From: a virus
Lineage: Duplodnaviria; Heunggongvirae; Uroviricota; Caudoviricetes
Direction: 5' to 3' (one strand)
Length of the DNA: 64,000 nucleotides
IMG/VR virus record: IMGVR_UViG_3300037423_001636
Span: 77,169 to 141,168 of that record
Shown: positions 17,977-27,744 of the stretch, one piece after another
How the letters are laid out: each line of letters starts with the position of its first letter
How positions within the stretch are numbered: position 1 is the stretch's first letter
Made by a program: the position numbers and the translations under genes
The notes under the pieces: generated by a model
What the model saw: only the letters and a program-made list of their open reading frames with translations
Databases searched by the model: none
Told to the model about the DNA's origin: nothing

Positions 17977-20900
17977 TTACCTCTGGATGAATCGGCTCTG
18001 CTGAGCAAAGAATCCGCCGGATCTGGATTGATTGACGATTTCATCCTGTACCATTCCGCGCACTTGCTTCTGAAGCTTTTGGGCGAAGTCAGGACTTAGG
18101 CCACCGCCATCAGCGCTTGCGCTGGACGTAATGCCACCGTTGTTATTAATCTCAATCTTCACGTGGACATTGCTGCTGCCGCCAGAATTGGAAGAGCCAA
18201 CTGGCATGGAGGTGTCCACAACGCCACCCTCTGCCCAATGACGAGTTGGCAGCGTATCGGTATAGCCCGGAATGTAGGTGCTTCCTTGCGGGCCGACTTG
18301 GAGAATCGGATAAGGTGCGGGGCGCTGACCGAAAGCGGACGCTTGGGCCGACTCAAGTGCAAGTCGATTCGCGGATATTTGCGCCGCATTCATCGGTACG
18401 AATTTATCCGTATTTGGTCGTGCTAGTGCTGCCGCTCCGCCGAGAAGACCAGCCGCGGCCAGATAGAGACCAATCTTGCTTGCGTTGTTTATAGGCGCTA
18501 CTGCTGCCGCCGCACCCTGAGTCACGCCAGCTCCAGAGATTGCCGGAGCGCCCAGATCACCACCGCCGATGGTTAGCGTCGCTCCAGATCCAGAAGAGCT
18601 GTGGAAGAGACTGCCGGTTTGGCTGTAATTCTGAGCGAGGCCACCACCAATACCGCCGATCAGAGCGCCGGCTATTGCGCCCTTCTTGCCTCCAGTTACG
18701 TAGCCAAGACCGCCACCAAGCAAAGCACCTAGCAGAAGACCGCCAAAGAATCGATGTTGCACACGCCCCTCAGTTAGGGCGGAGAGATAATCTGGACCAA
18801 GCTTCTGGACCGCAGACTTTCTAACGATGAATGAGCCCCGCGGCAGATTTGCCGGCACATCGTCTTTGACTCCCGAGCCGCCACGAACCATTCCACCCTC
18901 GGCATAGCCGTTCAGCTTGTGGAGAACATCGTAACCAATGCGCTTCGCAGCCTTTGGTCCAATGTAGTATTCGCCGCCCATCAGCATCGCTGGCACCGTG
19001 CCGCCGCGGGCCATACCAATAGGACCACCGGCTGCGCTGCCCTTAGCTCCAAATGGGCCGCCGAAACCAAAGACAGACCCTAGAATTCCCTGCACGGCTT
19101 GGCTTGCGAAAGCGCGAGATGCATCATTAAGCACAGAGATAGTGAAATCACGAAACGCATCCTTAGCTGACTTAGCTCCGGTCGCGAAATCACCAAACGC
19201 ATTCCCGAGAGAATCGGATAGAGTGGTGCCGAGTCGGCGGCCAAGGTCGGAGAGATCTTGGAAATCGCGCTTCATCCGATCGAAGGGAGAGCGGAAACCA
19301 CCGATAAAACTGCCCTTAAAATCACCATTCTGGCCGGCGAATTTGGCCTCGCCGAACGTGGCCCCCTCAATATCCGAACCCGATACCGTTCGACTGCCAG
19401 CCCGCGCTGCTGAAATTAGTTCTAGCCGTTGACGACGTTGAAGATCGGCGGAGCCAGCTCTCGCATTGCCGAAGATCAGAGAGTCCGCCTGACTCTGGGT
19501 CATTGTGCCGTTGACTACACCTAGATTAGCGGCGGCTGTGCCTTGAATTGTGGCGAGCTGTTGAAGCACGTCGATTCCCTCGTTACGCGACTTGGCGCGG
19601 TTCAGGTTGTACGTAGCTTTTATAAGTGTGTCTGTATATTCTTCCTCAGCACCCTTCTGTGTCTCAAGAAACGCCATTCGTTCCTTTTGCAGCTTATTCG
19701 TTGTATCATTTGTCCGTAGCGACTCAGCCTCGCTTTGATTGAGCTTGCGCAGGTTAGCAATATACTCTCTCAGTGCGGCGTCGAATTCTCCAGATACGCC
19801 AGTAGGAAGAGCGAGCTTGCCGTTAGGATCAAGCCTCGCCCCTTGCAATCCAACAAGCTGATCCAACGATCCGACACCTCGCACTGCTTCAATTGTAGCG
19901 CGAGAATTCACTCCGCTTTTATCTAAAATCTTAAGCAGGCCAGTGCGCGATGCTCCGAGCGCCCCTTCCCGTTCTCCAGCAAATCTGTCTTGAATATTGG
20001 TACGTCCGAACTGCCCTTGCAAGCTGAGTCGAACCAAATCCGGAAGCTCACGAGAGAGCTGAATGTCTTGAGCCGTCTGAGCGATCTGCTGATTACCGCC
20101 GCTGCGAAGAATACCGGCGTTAGTGTTCAATTCTGAAGCGGAAATGAGTCCCTGTAACGATTGTCGGCTAACAAGCTCTTCACGAATCTTATCAGCTCGA
20201 TTGCCCGGGGTGACGCCACGCTTCATTCTCACGCCTGTCGCTCGGAGCTGAGCGTTCTGAATCAATTCCATCGTAGCTGTGGGAGAAGGTGAACCACCAA
20301 TCAATGGCCCAGCAGCAGAGCGAGCGTATATTTCGTCTCGTATACGCGTATTGAGCACATCATCAATCTCTTTGTCAGAGCTGCCAGAAGCCTTCAATAT
20401 CAGCTTCATAGCCCCAAGTGGATTGGACCGTGCGAGAGCTTGGTATTGCGCGAATTCCTTATCGGACATTCCTGCTACGGTCCCAGTCAGGCCGTCAGCC
20501 AATCTGCCCTCAGCCCCATCTCCATAGCCAAACAGACCGAAGGTTGAGCTGGTTTCGAATGCTCCTTTGAGTGAGCCAAGCGCGCTCTGCTGTTTTTGAT
20601 TCTTGCCCGCCACCCCAGAAAGGATAGCGTTAGACTTCTTTAGCACATCTGGATCGTTGATGTTGTTTCGTAATAGCTTACGCACGTCATCGTTGCCCAC
20701 CAGAGAGATCTGCTCGTCTATTTGACGTTCCTTTGCTTTTATCTCGGCTGGAGCAGCTTTGTCTGCAACCATCTCGCGTAGCTCGCCATAGAGTCGAATC
20801 GCAGTTGTTGCGGCTTCCGCCTCGGACCGTAGCTTAGCATTTACCCTCTCGAAATTGCCTGCCAGTTCTTCAAATGAGATTTCAAGCTTTTTGATCGCGC

Positions 20901-23811
20901 CGAAGATGCCGCCGCCCACGCCGCCGATAATGCCGCCAGCGAGCGCGCCGACACCGCCGCCGAAAGCCAGCCCCGTGCTTGCTCCAAATCCAGCTCCGGT
21001 AAGCAGACTACTTGCCGCCCCACCGGCGATACCTCCGAGGGTTCCGCCACGGCCTTGTGGTATGAGACTTCCTGCTGCTGGTAGCGCGAAAGCCGCTGTG
21101 AGACCAAGGGCATTCGCCTGTCCCGGAGATAGATTCTTTAATCCCGACCAGAAAGGAACGGGACGATTTGCAGCTGCTTGTTGCGCTCTTGTCACAAGCG
21201 CCGCGTTCCCCGCCTCATTCAGCTTTTCTATCTGCGTGTCAGCGTATTGACGAACGAATGCGCGAACAGCCTGCTGAGAAGCGCCGGGCGCGAATACCTT
21301 GGACGCAAGCTCGCGCCCTTTCTCCATGAAAACCTCTTGAACCAGTTTTTGCTGGGCGGGAGTGATTTCTATACCAGACGAAACTCGGCCAATGGCGCGA
21401 TCAAATCCGATGCCACGCTGTCTCTCTGTCGAGGAGGTGAACCAGTCGTTTCGAGCACTGATTTGATTCAATACCTGTGCCTTCAACTGAGGATTAAACC
21501 CGTAGATTGCGTTTTCGTTGAATGCTTCCTGACGGGCGCGACGACCCATCACGCGATCAAACATGGGATCGATATATTGGTTTCTAAACGGTCCGTTCTG
21601 TATGGCCGAGCCAAATCCGCTTAGGGCTAGATTCGCCTGAAAAGCATCTGCGCCACGACCATTAATACCAAAGACCGACTGATTCGCTGCGTCAGCACCA
21701 AATCTTAGCGGAATACGACCGGAAAGAGTCGAATTTGCGATGAGCGCGCTGGCGGCCCTCGTCGTGTCTTCGCTGCGATATAGTGCCTGCGTATACGCAC
21801 GATCCATTTTCTCAAGGACCTTAGAACGAGAAAGCTTGTCAAGGGAGCCAACGGCATCGACAATCTGACTGCTGAACTTTGCGGCCTGAACCTTGCTCGC
21901 GGTGGCAGATAGATTTCTAAACAGGTCATTTAGGATGTCTAGATCGTGACGATTGACAGACAGTCCTAAGCCTGCTGAGCCGTATCTCAGATCTCCCGAA
22001 CCGAATGTCGTGGGTCCCGGAGCTACAGTTCCCGAGTTGTAGAGTCGAGCTACGAGCGTCGCATCTAACGTGGGAAATGTAAATGGCGGTGGCCCAGCTG
22101 GGGGCGGCGGGATAAGGGAATGGCGAGAAAAATATGAAGAAGCAGCGTTCGGCACGTATCCCTGCGCCGCCACAGGCACCGCTCCTCGCGGCAACCCATG
22201 CTTCCTAATCATATCTTGATTGAAGATAGCCGAACCGCCCGCCATATGCGGCACCACCCACTCACTCGTGTTCGCCACAATCCCAGATTGACCACTGCCA
22301 CGATTGAACGTGGGCAAATAGACTGCTCGTGAACCAACCGGAGCCCCGCCAATACCCGCGGCGATAGCCGCCCGCTCGGCGTTCATGGCTGGAATATAGC
22401 CTTCCGCCGCCCGCGGCACGCGAACAGGACTCCTCGCAGTAGGAATGGCTAGCTGGGCGAAATCAGCGCCGACTGTAGATAGTGTACGTGTAGCAACACG
22501 TCCTAGCGCCGTCACCAGCAATGGTCCCAGTCCGTATATAATAGCGGCTCCGAAGCCCTTGATAAAGCTTTCAGCGAACTTACCTCCAGCCGTCTCAGCC
22601 TGTCCGCTGGCATCTTGTAGAGCCGCTGTGATGGGATTCGTAAGTCCGTAACCAAGTAGACCCTTGGCCGCCCCAGAAAATCCAACATTACCGATGTTAG
22701 AGAATATCTGTTGATTAGTCGCAATAACCTGCTCAGCGAGGGCGGAGAAGGACTTGTTCAGCGCTTCATTACGTCGCAACGCTTCATCCGTGGCGCGCGA
22801 AGAGAAGCCTGCCGCCTGATTAGTCACGGAGTTTTGAGCCTTTGCCAAATCTCCCAGTAACGCCTTCAGCTGGTTGATCTGATATACACCACCAACCAGT
22901 TCAGCCGCCTGTTTGCGGGCAGATACCCCAAGCTTGTCATACGTCTGTGCGAAATTCTCCAGTAGCCGCATGGCTGGAAGTACGTAGCCCTCGGTATCCC
23001 TGACGGCCACCCCCAAAGCTTCCATCGCATCAATCGTGTCTTTACGCTCTATACGGGTGAAAATGGACTTTAGGGCGTTGCCGATGATCGCGCCGCCGCG
23101 GGCCGTGGTCTGCTGGGCTGCCGTGATAAGACCGACCAGCTCGTCAAAGTCTACACCAGCATCAGCAGCGGCGGCACCAGCACGGGCCAACCCTTGAGCG
23201 AGATCCTTTGAAGATACGGCGAACGATTGGTCTACAATCGCTAGCTTATTCAAAATCTGAGTTGTGGTCAGCGCATTTTTCTGAAACCCGTTCACAGCTG
23301 CCGTTAGAGTCTCTACAGCTTCTGTAGTTTCCAGACCGGCCAGCCGAGTTAGAATAAGCGCGTCCCGCGTTCTCTTGAGAGTCTCTTGCGCGGACAAGCC
23401 TTGGCGGCTGAACTCCTTCGCAGCTTCGGAAGCGGTCGCAAATGACTGACTCGTATTCCGCGCTACATTGAACAGGTCCTTGGCAAACTTGTCCATATCT
23501 CGGGAGCCGAGCTGGAACACGGAGTTAATGTCCGTCAGAGCCTTCTCGACTGCAATAGTGCTCTGCACGACATCTTTGAATATCTTCGCCGTGGTTCCTA
23601 ACACTGCTAGAGAAGCGCCGAACGCGATAACGCGTTGATTGGCGGCATCCATGGAGCGATTGAATAGGCTGATGTCAGACGAAATTCTGCCTAGCGGCAA
23701 ATTCAGATTCTTCAGGTTACGCTGCATAGCCTCCGCCTGCGCCTGAAGCTTCGATTGAGCTTGGGCGCTGGGCTGGAACTCGTAAGAAAATACGAATGGG
23801 GCGTCGGCCAT
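17977..23811 (-). CDS. tail tape measure protein
   Basis: 1944 aa, Ala/Gly-rich helical. TP901-like TMP core (ALTDINSVF, EFSRQGLS, GNALKSIFTR); upstream of M-L-K-I-J. Confidence 0.93.
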   Translation of the reverse strand: MADAPFVFSYEFQPSAQAQSKLQAQAEAMQRNLKNLNLPLGRISSDISLFNRSMDAANQRVIAFGASLAVLGTTAKIFKDVVQSTIAVEKALTDINSVFQLGSRDMDKFAKDLFNVARNTSQSFATASEAAKEFSRQGLSAQETLKRTRDALILTRLAGLETTEAVETLTAAVNGFQKNALTTTQILNKLAIVDQSFAVSSKDLAQGLARAGAAAADAGVDFDELVGLITAAQQTTARGGAIIGNALKSIFTRIERKDTIDAMEALGVAVRDTEGYVLPAMRLLENFAQTYDKLGVSARKQAAELVGGVYQINQLKALLGDLAKAQNSVTNQAAGFSSRATDEALRRNEALNKSFSALAEQVIATNQQIFSNIGNVGFSGAAKGLLGYGLTNPITAALQDASGQAETAGGKFAESFIKGFGAAIIYGLGPLLVTALGRVATRTLSTVGADFAQLAIPTARSPVRVPRAAEGYIPAMNAERAAIAAGIGGAPVGSRAVYLPTFNRGSGQSGIVANTSEWVVPHMAGGSAIFNQDMIRKHGLPRGAVPVAAQGYVPNAASSYFSRHSLIPPPPAGPPPFTFPTLDATLVARLYNSGTVAPGPTTFGSGDLRYGSAGLGLSVNRHDLDILNDLFRNLSATASKVQAAKFSSQIVDAVGSLDKLSRSKVLEKMDRAYTQALYRSEDTTRAASALIANSTLSGRIPLRFGADAANQSVFGINGRGADAFQANLALSGFGSAIQNGPFRNQYIDPMFDRVMGRRARQEAFNENAIYGFNPQLKAQVLNQISARNDWFTSSTERQRGIGFDRAIGRVSSGIEITPAQQKLVQEVFMEKGRELASKVFAPGASQQAVRAFVRQYADTQIEKLNEAGNAALVTRAQQAAANRPVPFWSGLKNLSPGQANALGLTAAFALPAAGSLIPQGRGGTLGGIAGGAASSLLTGAGFGASTGLAFGGGVGALAGGIIGGVGGGIFGAIKKLEISFEELAGNFERVNAKLRSEAEAATTAIRLYGELREMVADKAAPAEIKAKERQIDEQISLVGNDDVRKLLRNNINDPDVLKKSNAILSGVAGKNQKQQSALGSLKGAFETSSTFGLFGYGDGAEGRLADGLTGTVAGMSDKEFAQYQALARSNPLGAMKLILKASGSSDKEIDDVLNTRIRDEIYARSAAGPLIGGSPSPTATMELIQNAQLRATGVRMKRGVTPGNRADKIREELVSRQSLQGLISASELNTNAGILRSGGNQQIAQTAQDIQLSRELPDLVRLSLQGQFGRTNIQDRFAGEREGALGASRTGLLKILDKSGVNSRATIEAVRGVGSLDQLVGLQGARLDPNGKLALPTGVSGEFDAALREYIANLRKLNQSEAESLRTNDTTNKLQKERMAFLETQKGAEEEYTDTLIKATYNLNRAKSRNEGIDVLQQLATIQGTAAANLGVVNGTMTQSQADSLIFGNARAGSADLQRRQRLELISAARAGSRTVSGSDIEGATFGEAKFAGQNGDFKGSFIGGFRSPFDRMKRDFQDLSDLGRRLGTTLSDSLGNAFGDFATGAKSAKDAFRDFTISVLNDASRAFASQAVQGILGSVFGFGGPFGAKGSAAGGPIGMARGGTVPAMLMGGEYYIGPKAAKRIGYDVLHKLNGYAEGGMVRGGSGVKDDVPANLPRGSFIVRKSAVQKLGPDYLSALTEGRVQHRFFGGLLLGALLGGGLGYVTGGKKGAIAGALIGGIGGGLAQNYSQTGSLFHSSSGSGATLTIGGGDLGAPAISGAGVTQGAAAAVAPINNASKIGLYLAAAGLLGGAAALARPNTDKFVPMNAAQISANRLALESAQASAFGQRPAPYPILQVGPQGSTYIPGYTDTLPTRHWAEGGVVDTSMPVGSSNSGGSSNVHVKIEINNNGGITSSASADGGGLSPDFAQKLQKQVRGMVQDEIVNQSRSGGFFAQQSRFIQR

Positions 23812-23847
23812 GTGGGTTTCCTATCCTTTGGATAATCCTATCGCCTA

Positions 23848-23856
23848 GATTTACAC
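23848..23856 (-). promoter_or_regulatory. GTGTAA motif before tape measure
   Basis: AATCGCGTGTAAATC in the 61-nt intergenic gap. Confidence 0.6.
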
Positions 23857-23872
23857 GCGATTCAGGCCGAGT

Positions 23873-24844
23873 TTAGCCGCGTTTCGATGCCCACTCCACC
23901 AGATTCCCGCCATGCTTCGCTATCTCTGCGCCTAGATTGTTCTGGGTCTTTACCCCCAATGCCTTGGAGTCCTCTTTTTTCATACCTACTACAACCGCCC
24001 CCTGCTCGTTCACCCCCTGTCGAGCCATCTCCTCCTTGCCCCGGCTGGTCGATACGGCGTAATCCAGCATGAGATCTGGGTCTTGTAGCACATTTGGCGG
24101 CCAGTCCTTCGTTTCGTGGGTCTGGTAGATGTGGCGGAATTGTTGGCCATAGGCCAGTAATTTAACCTGAGAGAAGGTCAGCCGGGCAATCGCCCCGCCG
24201 AAAAACGCTTCTAGATGCTCGCCCGCTAGACAAAAATACTCTTGGAAGAATGGCTGCATAGCGAGCCTCTTGATGCTATCTACTGAACACGGTTCGAGGG
24301 TGACGTTGTAATCCTGTATGAGCACGCCCAGCTGCGGATCTGTAAAGTAGTCAAACTCGTCCATGGCGAACAGTGGAACGGTCAGCCCTGCGTCCGAAAA
24401 CAGATTTGTGTAGATATAATAGTCGTTGATCTGTCGATCGGCATAGCTCTCACAGGTGAGCCCCAGCAGCTCAAACTTGGCCGCCAGACTTTTCTCCAGC
24501 TTCTTCTCTTCATCCTTCAATTGGACGTTCAACTTCTGCACCATGGACGGCATCTTAGTGTGCTTCTTAATTCCTTCCCGCAGTCCTTCAACGAATCTTC
24601 GCTGGTCTTCGATCTCCCGTTCTTTTGCGTCAGTCCACTCTCCGCTGGCCCGCAGGTTCTTCAGCTTTTCCTCTACGTTCGGAATACCATTAGATTTGGC
24701 CTCCCGGTAGTATTCGTCGCGCTTGGAGTCGTACTCGATTTGGTCTGTATAGGAGAGGTGCTTCGCAAACCCCTGACGCCCAAGGATCGTACCTCGGCTA
24801 TAGCCCGCGGTGATGTCGGCGAATCCTCGGCGCAAACTGTCCAT
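23873..24844 (-). CDS. tail assembly chaperone-like protein (pre-TMP)
   Basis: 323 aa, charged helical, immediately upstream of TMP. Confidence 0.55.
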   Translation of the reverse strand: MDSLRRGFADITAGYSRGTILGRQGFAKHLSYTDQIEYDSKRDEYYREAKSNGIPNVEEKLKNLRASGEWTDAKEREIEDQRRFVEGLREGIKKHTKMPSMVQKLNVQLKDEEKKLEKSLAAKFELLGLTCESYADRQINDYYIYTNLFSDAGLTVPLFAMDEFDYFTDPQLGVLIQDYNVTLEPCSVDSIKRLAMQPFFQEYFCLAGEHLEAFFGGAIARLTFSQVKLLAYGQQFRHIYQTHETKDWPPNVLQDPDLMLDYAVSTSRGKEEMARQGVNEQGAVVVGMKKEDSKALGVKTQNNLGAEIAKHGGNLVEWASKRG

Positions 24845-25183
24845 TTAACATGCGTGTAGCTTGAAAAACACCGCCGCACCCGTTTGAGGAACTACCAGAT
24901 AGAGCGCATTAGTAGTTTCGTCTATTGCGTAGCGCGAGAACTGATAGACTCCCATACTAATTGGGTGCATCTGCTGGCTCTCAACAGCCGCTCGGAAAAG
25001 TTCTACATCGCCATAGACGGTTTTGAACCTTTCCCACAGAGGAGAGTCGGAGTCGGCTGACGAACGCGAGAAACAATCCCATTTATCGTAGACTTTGAGA
25101 CTGTCCCAGTAACTCCCCCAGTCGGTTCCTGTGGGAAACGTGCCGGTCGGGTTTATGCAATAGCCTCCGGTAATAAAGTTCAT
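24845..25183 (-). CDS. hypothetical protein
   Basis: 112 aa; ATGA overlap upstream and TAAATG abutment downstream. Confidence 0.55.
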   Translation of the reverse strand: MNFITGGYCINPTGTFPTGTDWGSYWDSLKVYDKWDCFSRSSADSDSPLWERFKTVYGDVELFRAAVESQQMHPISMGVYQFSRYAIDETTNALYLVVPQTGAAVFFKLHAC

Positions 25184-25968
25184 TGGCCAGCCGGTTCCGG
25201 AGTGCTCTCTACTGGTTTTTCGCTGTCTTCTTTCTTGCGGGCGTCAAGCTGCTTCTTCATCTCATCCTCAATCGTCTTGAACTGCTCCGTAGTATTCGCG
25301 CCCATGCCGAAGAGAGTGATGTATGTCATGATGCGGTCGGCGGCGGCATTGTAGAATGCATCATTATCCTCCTCCAGTTTCCACATGAACTCCTCCTTTT
25401 TGTCGAAGTCGGCCCCCTCGAAATACGGCACCCAGCCATTACGATCGATCAGCGTAAGGTGGAACGCAAACCACAGGTTGAGCTGTGCCTGCGCCTTGGC
25501 CTCAGCGGTCTGAGAGAATACTGATTCGTTGGCCGCATTGATGTTCGAAATCTCCATGCGTGCCGCCGCCATGTCGGCGCGAATCTTTGCTTTCACCTCT
25601 TCAGGCTCATGGAGACAGCGAACCAGATCGGCCTCAAGCGCCGCCAGTTTCTCCGTCAGTTTCACCGATTCAGTACGCTCCTTTTGACTTAGAATCCCGC
25701 CGGTCAGGTCAAGGTGCTTGTTGATGAGAATAGAGCGGGGCAGGAAGCCCATTGTAACAAAACGGTTAAACTCTTTTCCATAGAATAGCTCAGCCTGTCG
25801 CAGTTCGCGACGGCTAGGGTGCTTCAAAGCCATCCGTGTAACTACGGGTTTCGTGACCTTTCGAGTCACAGTGACCTTTTGACCATCACGGTCCTCGGTT
25901 GTAGTCTCTTCTACCTGTCGGTCGATAGAAACGGTCCATTCGTGTAAAATTCGTGTGATGTCTGCCAT
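25180..25968 (-). CDS. tail assembly chaperone-like protein
   Basis: 262 aa coiled coil; LKHPSRRELRQAELFYG motif; between tube and TMP. Confidence 0.55.
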   Translation of the reverse strand: MADITRILHEWTVSIDRQVEETTTEDRDGQKVTVTRKVTKPVVTRMALKHPSRRELRQAELFYGKEFNRFVTMGFLPRSILINKHLDLTGGILSQKERTESVKLTEKLAALEADLVRCLHEPEEVKAKIRADMAAARMEISNINAANESVFSQTAEAKAQAQLNLWFAFHLTLIDRNGWVPYFEGADFDKKEEFMWKLEEDNDAFYNAAADRIMTYITLFGMGANTTEQFKTIEDEMKKQLDARKKEDSEKPVESTPEPAGQ

Positions 25969-25975
25969 GGTGTGT

Positions 25976-26395
25976 TTATTCCTTTCCTAGGATGCCGCCG
26001 CGTCGTTGTGCCTGATTAATTTCCTCTTGTATACTTGCCCGTAGAGAAGCGCTCAATTTATCAGGATCGAGCGGTGGCGATTCTAAAAGTCTCAAGTTGT
26101 CTACCAACTCGTGCAATTCCCTCAGAGTGTCGTTACCTGTAGACAGAACTTTCTTTCGGTTCGCTTCCACCCGTCCATCACTCAGATAATCGGCCAAATC
26201 CACGTAGCTCTTATATTGTTCTGGCAGAGCCTCCTGAAGTCGATTCATGGCTTCATCGTGGTCCGCAGTGATCTCTTCAAGCAGAAAGAGAAAGCTTTTA
26301 AACAGTCGTTTGATCAACTGGTCCTGCTTGGCCTTCAACAGGGTAACCTTGTCGGGTAAAAGCGCGGCTGGCCGCGGCAACGGTAGTTCGTCCAT
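25976..26395 (-). CDS. hypothetical protein (tail module)
   Basis: Start moved to ATG 26395 (AAGGAAAGGA SD upstream); helical. Confidence 0.6.
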   Translation of the reverse strand: MDELPLPRPAALLPDKVTLLKAKQDQLIKRLFKSFLFLLEEITADHDEAMNRLQEALPEQYKSYVDLADYLSDGRVEANRKKVLSTGNDTLRELHELVDNLRLLESPPLDPDKLSASLRASIQEEINQAQRRGGILGKE

Positions 26396-26439
26396 TCGTG
26401 TATAAATCCTTTCCTTGTGGCGGCATAGCCGCAACGATA

Positions 26440-26448
26440 GGTTTACAC
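26440..26448 (-). promoter_or_regulatory. GTGTAA motif after the tube terminator
   Basis: AATCGCGTGTAAACC. Confidence 0.6.
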
Positions 26449-26481
26449 GCGATTAGCGACGAGTTGTGCGGAAAAATGGAG

Positions 26482-26515
26482 AAAAGAAAAGCCCGCAGTC
26501 TGGGCGGCTGCGGGC
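26482..26515 (-). terminator. Rho-independent terminator after major tail tube gene
   Basis: GCCCGCAG...CTGCGGGC stem then TTTTCTTTT on the minus strand. Confidence 0.85.
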
Positions 26516-26544
26516 GGGCAAACATTAGAACGATTCGATCTACT

Positions 26545-27672
26545 TTAGAAAAACCCAGAGAAAACTACGCCATTTGAACTGTTCGCTCCGGCCAGCTGCG
26601 CAGACCATTCGATACTGACTCTTGAGTCGCCACCGATACTGTGGGAGAATGACTGATTGACCATTGCAGCTTGATTAACATTGATCCTAATCGCGTCTAG
26701 ACCCGTGCCGTTGCAGCTTGGCTGACGCATTAAAATTGACAAATTCGACAGCGCGTCATTGCAGAGCAACGTATCAAAACCGCCTGCTTGCAGGTCTGTC
26801 ATGAGAGCGTCTACGCGCAACGAGACATTTACTGGGAACTGAATTTCGCGACTGAAGCCAAATGGACTGCCAAGCCGGTTAAGATTCTCACGGCCAATTG
26901 GAATTGACAAAGAGAAAGACTGAATGTTAACACCAAAGGTGCCAGTGGTCTGAACTCCCATGGCGGAACCGTTTGGAATGCTGAGCGTAATATCGCCGGG
27001 ACGCAACACCGAAATAGTATTGGAGCCAGTATATGGATCGCCAACTGGCAGCGCGAAGTTCCATGTCGTGATGCGATTGGCACTATACGGATCTACGGCT
27101 GGGATATTCTGTCCAGAAGAACCGGAATAGTAAACTACATTCAATCCGTCCACAGAGACTGACGCGCTAACAGGCTGTCCGATAGACGCATTGAGTGAGT
27201 AGTTGGAGATAAAGCCGTTTCCAATAGAATAAACATCTCGATTCAGAGAAGAGTTATAAGTATCATCATCCACGCCTTGTGGAGAAACGGAGATAAAATA
27301 GTTCTTAGCGTCAGTCACCTTCGTTAAGATGCCAGAAATGAACGAACCCCCTTTGGCATTGAACCCGAGGATGTTTTCGTTCTGTCCGTCGGTCGGAAAA
27401 TACGTGAAGTTAAGCGTGAAGGTGGGCGGCGCTAGAATCTCAGTATCTATGCGGTTCAGTTGACCAAACTCGTTGATATCAGTGCGATTGATGCCTACGG
27501 AAAGATCTGCTGACTGGACGCGACTAATCTGACCAATAAAGTTTAGTCCAGAATTGCCGCTACTGAAGTGCATACCTGTGCAGCCTCCGGCACTCCCTGA
27601 TTGAGCGGCAGGACCGACATACAGATTTAGATTCTGAAAGATTACACGGGTTCTAGGAGATGTGCCGGGCAT
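26545..27672 (-). CDS. major tail tube protein (internally duplicated tube fold)
   Basis: 375 aa with own motif and terminator, upstream of chaperones and TMP. Halves RVQSADLSVGINRTDINEFG and NIQSFSLSIPIGRENLNRLG align. Confidence 0.8.
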   Translation of the reverse strand: MPGTSPRTRVIFQNLNLYVGPAAQSGSAGGCTGMHFSSGNSGLNFIGQISRVQSADLSVGINRTDINEFGQLNRIDTEILAPPTFTLNFTYFPTDGQNENILGFNAKGGSFISGILTKVTDAKNYFISVSPQGVDDDTYNSSLNRDVYSIGNGFISNYSLNASIGQPVSASVSVDGLNVVYYSGSSGQNIPAVDPYSANRITTWNFALPVGDPYTGSNTISVLRPGDITLSIPNGSAMGVQTTGTFGVNIQSFSLSIPIGRENLNRLGSPFGFSREIQFPVNVSLRVDALMTDLQAGGFDTLLCNDALSNLSILMRQPSCNGTGLDAIRINVNQAAMVNQSFSHSIGGDSRVSIEWSAQLAGANSSNGVVFSGFF

Positions 27673-27707
27673 GGTAGTAAAGGTATGGAGCTATGGTTGA
27701 CTCAAAG

Positions 27708-27716
27708 GATTTACAC
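27708..27716 (-). promoter_or_regulatory. GTGTAA motif before major tube gene
   Basis: ACGTGTAAATC in the 72-nt intergenic gap. Confidence 0.6.
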
Positions 27717-27744
27717 GTATTTTGGCGGAATTTGCGTGGAATTT

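Noticed and set aside
25170-25260. Lambda G/GT-type programmed frameshift in the tail chaperones
   Set aside because: No XXXYYYZ heptamer near the 3' end (GAAAAAC has only five A); the following genes have their own coupled starts.
25941-25950. GTGTAA copies at 25942 (+), 10016 (-) and a few other intragenic positions
   Set aside because: Antisense or mid-gene with no downstream start; consistent with chance and not counted among the 15 sites.
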